A DNA stretch of 64,000 bases from the human T2T-CHM13v2.0 reference genome, Homo sapiens: the NCBI RefSeq assembly GCF_009914755.1, contig NC_060930.1; one strand, 5' to 3'. Position 1 is the first letter of the stretch; each line of letters starts with the position of its first letter. Positions 14,343-29,606 of this stretch are shown here, piece by piece. A program made the translations under genes and the position numbers. The notes under the pieces are model-generated. The model worked only from the letters and a program-made list of their open reading frames with translations. It had not been told where the DNA came from and made no database searches.

Positions 14343-14620
14343 TTTATTTTTATTTTTTGAGACGGTGTCTTACTCTTCCACCCAAACTGGGAGTGCAATG
14401 GTGGGATCTTGGCTCACTGCAACCTCCGCCTCCCGGATTCAAGTGATCCCACCTCAGCCTCCCGAGTAGCTGGGATTGCACATATGTGCCACCACACCTG
14501 GCTAATTTTTTTTGTATTTTTAGTAGAGATGGGGTTTCACCATGGTGGCCAGGCTGGTGATCTGCCCACCTTGGCCTCCCAAAGTGCTGGGATTACAGGG
14601 ATGAGCCATTGCACCTGGCC
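14343..14620 (-). mobile_element. AluS with a small internal deletion
   Basis: TSD cattgcc(c/a)ctaa. Confidence 0.95.
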
Positions 14621-14764
14621 CATTGCCACTAATTTTAATAAGATCTCTCTTTCTGTCTCTCTCACTCCCCCTCTATCTCTCTCACACACACACATGTGCA
14701 AGTGCCCCACTGTATGTTTCACAGTCCCAAGCAAATGTTTAAGAAGAAAATGGAGGCAGAGAGA

Positions 14765-14900
14765 GTTTGCAGGTATTATGTGCCAGGCTGGTGCCAAGCA
14801 TTTTACACATATTGTTTCATTTAATCACAGTAATCCTATAATGTGGCTATTATTGCCCTAGGTCATAGATGAGGTTCAGACAAGTTAACAAACATCATAA
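14765..14900 (-). mobile_element. MIR
   Basis: tatgtgccaggc...catttaatc...catagatgagg. Confidence 0.7.
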
Positions 14901-15072
14901 AAGTCAGTAATGCAACTAACTGTATTCACAAGTAATATTAACGAATAATACAAACATTCAAAAAAATGTAATGAATGATGAAATTTCTATAAAGCAGATT
15001 TATGTGTTACATTTAAGTGTGTTTGCATTCCTTTGAAAAAAAAATGAGTAGCAACAACCAGAATGTTTGTTA

Positions 15073-15394
<322 letters not shown>

Positions 15395-15887
15395 AATGGA
15401 AAGGAAGTCTGGAGTCGGGAGTAACCAACCAACCCTTTCAAGTGGAGAACAGCAACCAACAGACCATTGGAAGTCTCTGGTAACTCCAATATTTGTTATT
15501 GCTAGTTGGTCCTAAATTCAAGAGAAAGCACACCCTCAATATAGATTAAACTCCTGAGGTTGCATTGATCTCGGCAGTGATCTCCAATTGTTTTAGTCCT
15601 TCGACCTTACATATGTTTATTTTTGTAACTGTCTGAGTAAAACTTGCAATAACTTCCTCCACAGTCCTGAAGACACAGTAAATCTAATTGTGTCGTCTGG
15701 AAAAAGTTACAGAAGTCTCTTCATGTAGTAATGGGAAGCAAAGGTACTTTTAAAATACAGCATTGAAGTGATTTATTTGAGGTCTTTGCTAAGTGAAATT
15801 ATAGTTTTATAGATGGGAATCTGCATCTCAAGCATCACTATTCATCCAACTATTATTGTCCAATATAAGAATGTACAAGAACCTAGA

Positions 15888-16372
15888 CTGGGACCACAGG
15901 TGCAAGCCACCATGCCCAGCTAATTTCTTTCCTTTTTTGTTTTTTTGAGACGGAGTCTCGCTCTGTCGACCAGGCTGGAGTACAGTGGCACAATTTCGGC
16001 CACTGCAACCTCCACCTCCCAGGCTCAAGCAATTCTCCTGCCTCAGCCTCTCAAGTAGCTGGGGCCACAGGCGTGCAACACCACGCCCGGTTGAGTTTTG
16101 TATTTTTAGTAGAGATGAAGTTTCACCATTTGGCCAGGTTAGTCTCAAACTCCTGACCTCAGGTAATCCACCTGCCTCGGCCTCTCAAAGTGCTGGGATT
16201 ACAGGCATAAGCCACCGTGCCCCGCCCTAATTACATAATTTTAAAATTTTTTTGTAGAGATGGGGACTCACTATGTTGCCAAGGCTGGTCTTGAACTCCT
16301 GGCCTCAAGTGATCTTCTCACCTAGGCCTCCCAAAGTGCTGGGATTACAGGCATGAGCCACCACGCCAGGCC
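15888..16372 (-). mobile_element. Partial AluJ split by a nested AluS
   Basis: pieces at 15888-15925 and 16227-16372. Confidence 0.85.
15926..16226 (-). mobile_element. AluS
   Basis: full dimer inserted in the A-rich linker of the AluJ. Confidence 0.93.
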
Positions 16373-17649
16373 TTTAGACTGCTATTAAATGTGGCAATTG
16401 CTACATTTAATGCATGATTTATTACAACCCAATTAGAAAGCATAGTGTCTGACACATAAGTGCTCAACAAAGACAACAAAGACCTACCAAATGAAGGAAG
16501 GAAAAAAGAATGGTAATGAAACAAGCATACACAAAACACGACCAATGTAATAAGAAAGGTATGAAACATTCCTGGAGGTTGGAGGGTGGAGACATTGCTC
16601 CTGGCAGAAGAAATCATGAAGGGCTTCATGAAGATAGAACGGTCCTGAAAGACGGGGACACCATCTACCCTCTCCAGTTGCCCAGTCTAATTTCTCACCT
16701 AACGAAGAATTGGGCTTATTATATTGCGGCAGCCTGGAAACATATGCTTATGACTTGATCTAAAACAAACTTCTTATAAAGAATAAAGAAGCATGAACTT
16801 TTAAATATCCTTCCAGAAATTTGACAACTAAATCTCACTGAAATGTCAGAATCTAGTATTTCGTTTTCTGAACTATAATGGATTCAACATGGTACTTACA
16901 AATCTCTTTCCTCCATTTTCTTCCTGTACATGGAGGATTTCCTTAAATCATCAACTTGGAACTGAAAGTCTTTAAAATTTCACTGCCTTAGAGTGAATTT
17001 TTTTTTTTTTTTTTTACCCAGCAACGAAAAAGTTGTGTTGTTATATAAGGAATGCACTAATTTTTATGTATTCATTCTACAAAACCAGTTCAATTTAGCC
17101 AACCAATCTCATGAAATTTTCTAGCCTTGCATGTCAAAAACCCCATGATGGTAAAGAGATGAGTCACTGAACTCTGATACATATGCAATAGTTATGTAAG
17201 CAAATTGGCACAAATTCCTTCAAGACCTCCATTATTTTCTCCAATTGAGTAAAAGTATAAACAGAAACAAATTTAAATCTCAGAAAAACTCTAAGGCACT
17301 TTAGGGCGCTTTCCGCCCTTTCCTCTTTCCTCCCCCTTTCCTTGTGCATCTGCTACATATTAACAACACTAAAACAACAGAAGACCTCTATAAACAACAA
17401 TGCCTGCAAGGAATACATAAGACATTCTGGTGCATATTTCAGTAACAGATGTTTCAGTGCTACATCTGAAATCCAATATTCAGTACAGCAGTGATGATAT
17501 ACTTCATTGTAACACAACAGATAATTATAAGTTATACTGTTTTTATTGATAATAGCTCCTCAAGGCCATTCGAGTTTATTTTTCTTCAACAGTCTTGCTG
17601 TCACTGAACATAGTCTTCTTTGCTTTAGAGTCTGAGAATCTGACCATTC

Positions 17650-18309
<660 letters not shown>

Positions 18310-18312
18310 AAG

Positions 18313-18388
18313 TTCCTTCCTTCCTTCCTTCCTTCTTTCCTTTCCTCCTCCTCCTCCTCCTTTTTCCTCCTCTTCCTCTTCTTCTTTT
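18313..18388. repeat. (CCTT)n/(CCT)n pyrimidine tract
   Basis: read directly. Confidence 0.9.
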
Positions 18389-18414
18389 GGAACACTGTTT
18401 TGAAGGTACATCAG

Positions 18415-18565
18415 CACAATGCTTCTTAAACTTCAATATGTATACGGATGCTTCAGGAACACTATTAAGCGCAGATTCTTCGATTCTGTAAATCCGTGGT
18501 GGGTCCTGAGCTTCTGCATTTCTAATGAGCTCCCAGGGTGTGCTAATGCTGCTGATCCACAAGGG
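18415..18565 (-). mobile_element. MER5A-family MITE
   Basis: ctgcatttctaatgagctcccagggtgtgctaatgctgctg. Confidence 0.75.
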
Positions 18566-18970
18566 ATTCGAGCATGCAAATTAAGTTATGGAGAAAGCAT
18601 TACTGTTTAATTTTACATATGGTAGGAAAACGCTGTTAGTGAACCTACAGATGAAACCTAATTAGGGGTCAAAAATCAACCACAGATAGAGCATATTTTA
18701 TCTTTCCAGTCATTGTTTCCTTCTTTCAAGAGGCAGCAGCAGAGTTAAGAGAGAATTCCCTGTTCCCCTTACCAGACCAGTGAAGAGTTTTCAGGAAGAG
18801 ACCTCACAGGAGAGCTATATATAAAAGACAGCAGAAGGCAGGGCTTGAACTAATGGCTGCATAATTAGCTTGATATAAAAGAAGATTATTTGCATTTCAA
18901 GTGTTACACATTTTCCCCCATAACAAGAATTCCTGTAGTTAGAATTTTTTATGACAAACTTTTTAATTAG

Positions 18971-19301
<331 letters not shown>

Positions 19302-19557
19302 CAACATATGTAATTCTAAATCATCAAAGAAGCTTTAACTGGTATTTGAAGGGTAGAATCCATTCTGCTACCCAAATATATTACCCTCCTAAAACCCACT
19401 AAGAAGCTGCTGTCACCTGGATTTAAAATAGCCTGGTGCTATGAACTCTGCCCTAATTATATCAAAGAGTAAAGTCAAGGTTTTTCAAATCTCAAATCAA
19501 AATCAAAGATCTCAACCTTTGGGAGAAGCTCTAAATATCTAAAAGCATCTTAGCTAT

Positions 19558-19961
19558 TGTTATGAATGGAATCATGTCCCCACACCCTAAATTTCCATAT
19601 TGAAGCCTTAACCCTCAGTACCTCAGAATGCGACATCTGGAGATAGGAGCTTGAAAAAGGTTAAAGTTAAAATGATGTCATTACAATGGGACCTAATGCA
19701 TTATGACTGGTGTCTTTATAAGCAAGGAAATCCGGACAGAGACACACAGAGAAGGAAGACAATGAGAAGACGCAGGGAGAAGACAGTCATCTACAAGCCA
19801 AGGAGAGAAGTCTCAGAGGAAACCAAACCTGCCCACACCTTGATCTCGGACTTCCAGCCTCCAGGGTAGTGAGAAAATATTCAACCTTCAACATGGGTAC
19901 CCATGTTGAAGGCACCCAGTCTGTGGTACTATGCTATGGTAACCCTAGCAATACCAATACA
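19558..19961 (+). mobile_element. MLT1B-like solo LTR (ERVL-MaLR)
   Basis: TG...CA ends; atctacaagccaaggagagaagtctcagaggaaacc and cttgatctcggacttccagcctcca. Confidence 0.9.
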
Positions 19962-20197
19962 TTTGCTTTTTTTTTTTTTGGTTCCCAATTCACAGTAGAT
20001 GTTCTAAAGAAAGTTCTGAACTTTCCTTCAGAAAAGGATGGGTTGTATATACTATTAATTATTAACGTTATTGTTAGAGATACTTTGGGACATAGGAAAG
20101 TTTACGGTGAGTGTTAGAAGGCCTCACCACAGCTGTCAAATTAACTTGTTCTCTGAATACCCAATGCAAAATATTCTATATCAACATATATATTTCT

Positions 20198-20501
20198 GCT
20201 GGGTGTGGTGGCTCACACCTCTAATCCAAGCATTTTGGGAGGCTGAGGTGGAAACTGCTTCAGCGCCAAGAGTTCAAGACCAGCCTGGACAACATGGCAA
20301 AACCTCATCTCTATAAAAAAACACAAAAATTAGCCAGGCGTGGTGGCATACACCTATAGTCCCAGCTACTCGGGAGGCTGAGGTAGGAGGATTACTTGAG
20401 CCCAGGAAGTCCAGATTGCAGTGAACCATGATCATGCCACTGCACTCCAACCTGGGTGACACAGTGAGACCTGTCTTGAAGAAACAAAACACAACAAGAA
20501 C

Positions 20502-20533
<32 letters not shown>
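20198..20533 (+). mobile_element. AluJ with (CAA)n/(AT)n tail
   Basis: full dimer; TSD atatatatttctg. Confidence 0.93.
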
Positions 20534-20534
<1 letters not shown>

Positions 20535-20579
20535 TTCTGTTCATTGAAATTTAGACTTTGCCACACCAGAACAATCTGA

Positions 20580-20705
20580 AGCCTGCCTAGGTTTAAATTC
20601 TGGTGTTGTCATTGAATTAGCTGTATAATTTCCAAACTTCACTCCCTCCCATCTGCAAAATGGGTACCTACCTCATAAAGTTGCAGCAAGTATTAAATGA
20701 GATAC
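20580..20705 (+). mobile_element. MIR
   Basis: catctgcaaaatggg...tacctacctcata...attaaatgaga. Confidence 0.7.
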
Positions 20706-20870
20706 ATTTCATAACAGAAATACATTTCATAACAGACACTGGCTGACAGCTCTTCCAGCATATCTGGGTGCCTATCAGCCTTGGCTATTATATTTATCAA
20801 ATATAGTCAAAGTCCTCCTCTCTTATAAACAGGCTTGGCTAGCTGGACAATGAGTTTAAAGAGTAGATTA

Positions 20871-21200
<330 letters not shown>

Positions 21201-21516
21201 TTAAAGCAGAGAATCATAAAAATGGGTACTTATACCTTTAAACGTTTTTACATTAACTTAAAGTATTTAAAAGTTCGTTCATTCTGCAATCTTTAGACTG
21301 ACACAAAGTACATTTCCTTGAGAATGGTCTGCTGAATGGAGTTCTGGTTGTTTTTCTATGTAAACTACACCATGATGCATTATGAATTTTCAATGTCTGT
21401 TTCTTTAAGGAGAATAAAGAACTGGTCACTGAAAAACAATCTGAGTATAGAAACCTCTTCTATTTTTATAATCCCTCTCTCTCCTGTGTTTAATTCGATG
21501 GCAGTATTTTTTAGAA

Positions 21517-21831
21517 AGTGATTCTCCAATGTTAGTAAGCTTCAGAATCACCTGGAAAGTTTGGTAAAACACAGATTTTTTTTTTTTTTTTTTGTATTTT
21601 TAGTAGAGACAGGGTTTCACCATGTTGGCCAGCCTGGTCTCGAACTCCTGACCTCAGGTGATCCACCTGCCTCGGCCTCCCAAAGTGCTGGGATTACAGG
21701 TGTGAACCACCGCACCCAGCCAAGTTTCTGATATAACAGGTCTAGAGTGGAGGCTGAGAATGTGCATTTTTAACAGGTTTCAAGAGGACTCTGATGCTGC
21801 TGATCTGGGAAGCACATTTTGAGAATTCACT
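21517..21831 (-). mobile_element. MER5A interrupted by a half-Alu
   Basis: tcagaatcacctgg ... ctgatgctgctgatctgggaagcacattttgagaa. Confidence 0.8.
21576..21721 (-). mobile_element. AluS left arm only
   Basis: left monomer plus T tract; no TSD seen. Confidence 0.9.
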
Positions 21832-23164
21832 TTCACTGATTCTGTCTTCCACAGAAAGCACATTTTTTCTGTTCATATAATATCAATTTACATAATAACT
21901 AAACTCTATAAAGCCAAATACTACTGGTTTTGGTAATTTACAACTCAACGGGGAGGCGTGGAAGTGCGTGGCATGCAACTGGGATGTCCATGGTCAACGA
22001 ACCCACCCAGCATGAGCATCAGTTGACTTATGTCATAGAAGGAGTTGAGAACACCAGTTAATGCAGTGAACTGGTTAAATGGAGATCAGTTCAGAAAGCC
22101 TCAACCACATTAAGTTGATGCTTATAACTTTTCTGCATCTACCCAACACAAAGCAGAAAAGAATCATGAGCTAGAAGTATATGGTTTTCTAATAATTACA
22201 CACTTGCTGAAGATTTTTCTCTTTATGTGGCATCTCCAACTCTACGTTATTATCTATACAGGGTAATCAATTTGGCTTTAATTTGTAGGTATAAAAATTC
22301 CCCATGGAGATCTGACATGTGAGCCTTACCGCCTTTACCGCTGACATCCTCTGAGAAATCACAAAGTAATTTGTGATTCAATGCTTTATGTAACTTGAAC
22401 TTTCTTTCAAAACTTCACCCTGTTTTCTGAGGAGTTCCAGTTAATTGATCCATACACACTCAAGTTCTTATAGATGAAAACTCAGGACAGTGGAACACAT
22501 TTCTGAGTGCCCTCCTGAGTTCAGTATGCCCCAAATCCATTTACACTCCATTAAATAACAAGCATATATGCTAGAACACAAGTTACCATTCCCTGACCCT
22601 GGGTTATCTAGCTGCACTAATAAACCAAGAAAAGATTAACCAATTGTGACAGCTTATCAAGACCTCCAGAAAAAGATTCAACTCCAATTGCACACACATG
22701 AACAGGAGGCCAAAGACAAAGTAGCTGGCCCCTCTTGTCCCACTCCTCCCCAAATTAACTCCCCCTGTCTAAACCACACAGGCACTGAGAGGCAGCAGAA
22801 GCCCAGGGCATAAAACAAAACAGAAACAAAAAACACGTAGAAATTCCAGCTCAATTTCACTTCCAAAATCTAAAGAAAATATTTCTATTTATTTATAAAA
22901 TATATAACCCATTATCTTTGCGTCTGATTATTCTATACTTGCTTCTCTTCTTGATCAAAAGAAATGAAAGATATAAACACCAATGGGGAAAAAAAACTAT
23001 CATTAGCAAACAAAATTACTATCTATAAAGAAAAGCCAAGACAAAAAAAGATATCAGAATTAATGAGAATTTAACAAAGTTACTGCCTGTAAGTATATAC
23101 TAAAGTCGACAGCATTTCTAAGCTACAAGAAAACAGAGAATGCAACTTAAAATGACCACTTCTA

Positions 23165-23297
23165 GGTTGGGCACAGTGGTTCACATCTGTAATTCCAGCA
23201 CTTTGGGAGGCCAAGGTGGAAGGATCATCTGAGCTCAGCAGTTTGAGACCAGTCTGGGCAACACGGCAAGATCCTGTCTCTATTTAAAAAATTAAAA
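23165..23297 (+). mobile_element. FLAM_C Alu monomer
   Basis: single arm. Confidence 0.88.
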
Positions 23298-24300
23298 GTA
23301 TTTTAAAAATGTTAAAAGTGACTACTTTTGGTATATTTATGCAATTGAATACCATACAGCAATAAGAATGAACAATCTGGAACTACAACTAGATGATCAC
23401 AAAAATAACACTGAACGAAAGAAGCTAGATACAGAAGAGCACATACTGTATGATTCCATTTATGTAAGGTGCCAAAATAGGCTAAACTGACTCATGATTT
23501 TAAAAGTCAGGACAGTGGCAGCCCTTGGGGATGTTAGTAACAGGAAAGAAACAAGAGGATTGTTTCTAGGGAGCTGCTAATGTTATTTTTTGATCTAGGT
23601 CCGGAGTTTAACTTGAAAATTCAGCATACATACAGAAAAAAATGCATGCATCATATTATACTTCAATTAAAAAAATTAAAATACCACTTGTGATAGAAAA
23701 AAAAATTTTAAGTACCCAGATACAAATCTAACAAAAAAGATGCAAAAACCTTAAAGATGTTTTTATGTAAAATTTTTATTGCTAAAGAAGAACTAAATAA
23801 ACAGATATACCATGTTTTCAAATTAGAAAATCCAACACTGTAAAGATGCCAATTCTTTTCACATTGAACTATGTGTCCAGTGCAATCCCAAAATAGTTTT
23901 TAATGGCATCTATAAGAATGACCAAGCCACCCCTATAGCAGAACACAATGAAGAAACTGGTCCTACAGTTATCAGTACTGCAGTGTGGCACTGCCTCAGA
24001 GACAGACAAACAGAACACCGAAACAGAAGAGACGGCCCTGAAAATGATCCTCAGTTATCTGGAAACCTAGTCTGATAGAACCAGTATCAAAGATCAGGCT
24101 GGACTATTCAATAAATAGTGCCAGGATAATAGGTTATCTTGATGGGGCGAAATTAATCTCTACTTCATACTGTTTAAAAAAATAAATTTCAAGGATTTAA
24201 ATGTGAATTGTAAAGCTTAAGACTTTTAGAAGGTATAAGAGAGTATTTGTATGCGCTTAGAGAAGAACTTTTAAAAACATGACACATACAGCATTAACCC

Positions 24301-24430
24301 TTTAAAAAAAATAGGGATGAAGTCTTGCTTTGTTGCCAAGGCTGATCTTGAACCCCTGGGCTCAAAGCGATCCTCCCACCTCAGCCTTCCAAAGTGCTGG
24401 GATTACAGGTATGAGCCACCACATTTAGCT
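24301..24430 (-). mobile_element. FLAM_C Alu monomer
   Basis: single arm. Confidence 0.88.
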
Positions 24431-25720
24431 GATAAAGCATCCATCTTAAAAGTAAAGGGTAAACTTCGCTATTTTAAAAATCAGAACTTCTAATAATCAG
24501 AAAATAAATAAAACCAAGCAAAAACAGAATCCACAAACTGGAAAAAGATTTTGCATATAACAAAAGATTAATATACACAATATATAAGTAACACCAAGGA
24601 ATCAATTTTAAAAGGCCAAAAAAAAAACAAAAAAGAGAAAATGAGTAAAAAGAGAGCAGGTGCTTTTCAAAAGAAAACAAATGAATGGCCGATAAAATAT
24701 ATGAAAAGATGTTCCGTTGCACTTTTATGCAGGAAATGCAAATTAAAACCACAATAAAATATCATTTCACATGCTCTGCATCAGTAAAAATTTTAAACTC
24801 TGATAATATTAAGTACTGTCATTATCTTATACTACTAGTGATATTAACTACTTAGGAAATCAATTTTACATGCACATAGTAAAGTTTAACATGCATATAT
24901 GCTATGATCCAGCAATCCAAATGTTCATAGCAGCACTGTTCATAAAAGCCCCAAACTGGAAACTACCCAAATGTCCATCAACAATGAAAGGATGAACTGT
25001 AGTATATTCATACAATGGAATACCATGCAACAGCAAAAGTGAATTCAGCTACGTGCATCAACACGGACAAATGAATCTCAAGAACAAAGTTGACTGTGCA
25101 GGCGGTTGCACAACTGTATATACATTTATCAAAGCTCATCGAAACTGTACACTTAAAATGGGTGAATTTTTATTATATGTAAATTATACCTCAATAAAGC
25201 TATTTTAAAAACAGATGAGCAAATAAAGTGTGACGAAAAGTTCAAAAAGTAGCATTCCATTTACAAAAATATTAAAACCAGGCAAATATAATATTACAGT
25301 TGTTAAATTATAAAGAAAACTAAGGAAAATAAATATAAAATTCAGGATAGTCATTTCCTTTCACAGGTACAATGGGAAGGAGTGGAAATGGGAATAAGTG
25401 ATATAAGAGACAAAAAAGTACAAGTTGGGTGGTGATACAAGGTACTTACATTTTTTTCTTAACTGTTGAAACCAAATATATAAGTTATATACTTCTTTAT
25501 TATACATGCAATGAATTTTTTAAATAAAGCAAATTTAAATACTTCTATTTTTAAAAGATCAACATAAGGAGAATAAACTTATTTTAGCAAAATTTGATAA
25601 TACCTAATAATTAAGGCTAGCTACTTTTCCTTTCAGCTTCCTTCTTAACTTCAAAAGTTCAAAACTTCGTTGCCTGTTAAATTTCCTGAATTTGGTAATA
25701 GTCTTAGAAAATACACCAAG

Positions 25721-26025
25721 AGCTGGGCGTGGTAGCTCACGCCTGTAATCCCAGCACTTTGGGAGGCCGAGGTGGGTGGATCACCTGAGGTCAGGAGTTT
25801 GAGACCAGCCGACCAGCCTGGGCAACACGGTGAAACCCTATCTCTACTAAAAATACAAAAAAAAATTAGCCAGGCATGGTGGCGGGTGCCTGTAATCCCA
25901 GCTACTCAAGAGGCTGAGGCAGGAGAATCACTTGAACCTAAGAAGTGGAGGTTGCAGTGAGCCGAGATTGCGCCATTGCGCTCCAGCCTGTGTGACAAGA
26001 GCAAAACTCTGCTCAAAAAAAAAAA
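25721..26025 (+). mobile_element. AluS
   Basis: TSD agaaa..acaccaag; internal gaccagcc duplication. Confidence 0.95.
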
Positions 26026-26724
26026 GAAAGCACACCAAGTATTAAGGGCTAAAGGGCTGTATGATGTATTTCACCTACTCTCAAAGAGTTCAAAAAATAA
26101 ATTATATTTTTTCCACAAATATTTGATAAGGCAAATGCAGCAAAGCTTTAAAATGTGTAAGTCTGCTATTCTTGCAACTTATTTTTTCAAAATTAAAATT
26201 GTGTTGTCCAAGGAGAGACTAGAAACTCAGCACAGGAAACATCATTTAATACTGAGAATATACTTTTAATGCCTCTATCCTACTTTTTTCTATTCTATTT
26301 TGTTTTTATTTTAATAAATCACATAACCGAGTTACTTGCTCTCCCTTGACTGGTCTCAGACTAAAAGATGCTGAAATAGCCAGACTGAAGGATCAGAACA
26401 GACTTGACTTGAAGAGATTCATTACCAAAGTGTCCTAGGCTAAAGTTAATTGTCACTGAGTAGTCGAGTGGTTTTACATGGCACCAAAAGTGGTGGCACT
26501 TTGGGAGAAGACTCTGTAGATGAACAAATTTCTGTTTTAAAAGAGCACAGTTTTCTTTGGAAAATAAAATACAGAGTCAAGTTACTCCCAACTTCAGAAA
26601 AAATGACAGAAGTTAACTCACTCTCTTAACACTGTAGCTTTTCTAAAGCAAAATAAGTTATGCTGCATGAACAGGGAAGAGAAACATTTTGGCTCCCAAA
26701 TTTGACACAGTACCACATAACATC

Positions 26725-26731
<7 letters not shown>

Positions 26732-26757
<26 letters not shown>

Positions 26758-27041
26758 GAGACAAGTCTCACTCTGTCGTCCAGGCTGGACTGCAGCAGCG
26801 TGATCTCGGCTCACTGGGACCTCTGCCTCCAGGTTCAAGCGATTCTCTGCATCAGCCTCCCGAGTAACTGGAATTACAGGCACCCACCACCATGCCCGGC
26901 TAATTTTTGTATTTTTTGTAGAGATGGGGTTTCACCATGTTGGCTGGGCTGGGCTGGTCTCAAACTCCTGACCTCAAATGATCCACCCGTTTCGGCCCCT
27001 CAAAGTGCTAAGATTACAAGCATGAGCCACCTCGCCTGGCC
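26732..27041 (-). mobile_element. AluS
   Basis: full dimer. Confidence 0.95.
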
Positions 27042-28921
27042 CAAACATCTTTTTTCCTTTTTTATACTGATAGTATAAACAGGTTATGCAATAGCGAGTG
27101 AGCATAAGCCCTTTGAAAGCAAAATCTACACTCTAATAAATACTTTTCGACTAACAATAAACAGTCTTTTGCCTTTCTTACATTATATTCAATATGAATA
27201 CACATGTCAAATGTACAATATACAACATGATCTAAAGAAAAATAAGATCAGATGAGAGGGGAATGTACACCATCTCAAAGGAGATGCTAAAACTCGCCGA
27301 CCACTATACATCATAGCTCATTACAAATTTGCATTAGTCTCCTCTGGGTCAAAAAGGCACTTTTCATAGAAAAATTTATCGTGCCCTGGTTTGTCAAAAT
27401 AAATCTTTTAGGAAAAAGTCGCCAGAGTGTACCATAGCTCAATGATAAGTTAATTACTAGTGGGACAAAGCATGTGACCAATGGCTTTGGAGAAGGCTCT
27501 GTTTAATATTTATTACAGTAACCACAAAAGCCCTCCTGCTATGAATTAAAGACACCATCAACATTTTAATTCTGGCTACTGAGTGATTAGAGAAATAGTA
27601 AGTAGCTGCTGATATATTTCAGCACTTTAATATAAACAACTGTGACTGTCTGGAGACCTTAACTGCATACAGGGTCTCTAAATGTATTTAGTTGTTAGTG
27701 CAGGTCTCTTAAGGGGTAAAGAGGAGACAGGAAAGGAAAAGAAAAACATACTTCTAAACAACATCACAAAATACACCTGTCACCAGTTCTTAATTTTCTA
27801 GAGTTTCAGAAGCCTTTGAAATTTTGATCAAAGACATGAAGTCTCACTCTTAGAAATTGTATATGCATACACACACTTTTACTTTTAATGTCAGGGGGTT
27901 CACTGCCTTCAGTTTAAATGTCCTGCACTACACAGTCATTATACTGCATATACAGTAATAAAAAAACAAGTGCCAACTCGAGTTTTTAAGCCTAAAGAAT
28001 GACAAACTAAGAGGTCTTCTAAACAGAGTTAAGAGATAACAAATGCACTATTGGTGGTTTTAAAAGTAATAATTATAATGATTTTCACATTCATAAAACA
28101 CACTGATTAACTAACATATTTCCTACAAAATGCAGTCACAAACTTACTTTAGCTAGCTCCCTTATTCCTAAACAAAGACTTGTACTGGGACAATTATTAA
28201 TTACAACCAATTTACTGGGCACTCACAATGCAAGGGTCTGTTGAAAACAAAAACTACTGACCCAAATAGTTTTCCTAGGATATATAGTCTGTGGCATACT
28301 GCTCTAATTGTTTAACTTAATCCATGTTATTTTGTAAATCCTTGTTCAAATGTAAATTACATCTGGCAGAGTCTCAGAGTGTGAGTATCTGATTTTTCCT
28401 GTTGATCTCCATAAATACAAAATTACAAATCTCTGCTTCCTCATATATAAGTAAAAGAAGAGCTGAGAACAAGCTGATTCAGTTCAAACAAACCAGAAGG
28501 GATTTAAACAAATCTAAGCACAAACCTTATATATTTGGTTAGAGGAAAAGAAGATTAAAAATATAATGACTCACAGACATGTGCTTTCAGAAAATGATTT
28601 ATTAATGGATTACCAAATAAAACTCTGTAATTATGAATTTCACTGGTCAAATTTACCTTCTTACACTCTTTAGGACCAACAGATAGAAGAACATGTACAC
28701 AAACACACATTCCTTTCTTATACCCCATTTGTTGGATGAATGCCCCACAGGATTTTAACAAAAGCATTATTTATCCAACAGCTGAGCATCTTAACAAAAT
28801 TAAAAAGCAATAACTATCTCTCAATCTGAGGAATTCAACTTTATGTGTCTAAGAGTCCTCAAATACACTTTTAATCATGCCTAAAAAACGAAATATATGA
28901 CAAAAAATACTCAAAAGATAC

Positions 28922-29206
28922 TTAGAAATAACCCTTATCCACCCAACTAGAAAAATCTCTAATTACTAAAGGACTTTTAAATCTTTCTTAATTTTGCATT
29001 TCTTAAAATAATTTCTCAAAAAATACAACACTATTGAACATAAATGATTAAATGTGTGGGATAATTAGAAACAACCGTATCCACCCACCCAGAGAAATCT
29101 CTAATTACTAAAGGACTTTTAAAACTTTCTTAATTTTAAATTTCTTAAAATAATTTCTCAAATGAATATAACACTATTGAACATAAATGACTAAATATAT
29201 GGGCTA
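28922..29206. repeat. Two-copy tandem duplication, period 143 bp
   Basis: units start ttagaaa at 28922 and 29065 and share aaatctctaattactaaaggacttttaaa and acactattgaacataaatga. Confidence 0.95.
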
Positions 29207-29333
29207 TCACAAACCCACTTTAGTAGTACACCTAAGGACACCTAAGGAATTGTACTTATTATATATAACACTTTGCCAACCATCCATTTATTCATATGTG
29301 GGGTCTGATGCAATTCACCTCACGCCACTTTAA

Positions 29334-29606
29334 TTTTTTATTTTTTTGAAGACAGGGTCTGGCTCTGTCACCCAGGCTGGCGTGCAGTGGCTCAAACAGC
29401 TCACTGGAGCCTCCTGCCTCAGTCTCCTGAGTAGCTGGGACCACAGGTATGCGCCACCACGTCCAGCTAATTTTAAACAAATTTTTTGTAGAGATGGGGT
29501 TTTGCCATGTTGCAAAGGCTGGTCTTGAAATCCTCGGCTCAAGTGATCCTCTTGCCTTGGCCTCCCAAAGTGCTGGAATTAGAGATGTGAGCCACTGTGA
29601 CCAGCC
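29334..29606 (-). mobile_element. AluJ
   Basis: dimer with internal deletion. Confidence 0.9.

Larger units (their letters stand above)
22990..25530 (+). mobile_element. Composite of degenerate old L1 (L1M) ORF2 and 3' UTR fragments
   Basis: ggaaatgcaaattaaaaccacaa, tatgatccagcaatcc, ccaaatgtccatcaaca, aattatacctcaataaagc. Confidence 0.8.

Noticed and set aside
28142-28180. 20 nt minus-strand microexon (tgtttag|GAATAAGGGAGCTAGCTAAA|gtaagt)
   Set aside because: Frame-shifting length, weak exonic donor bases and no independent support.
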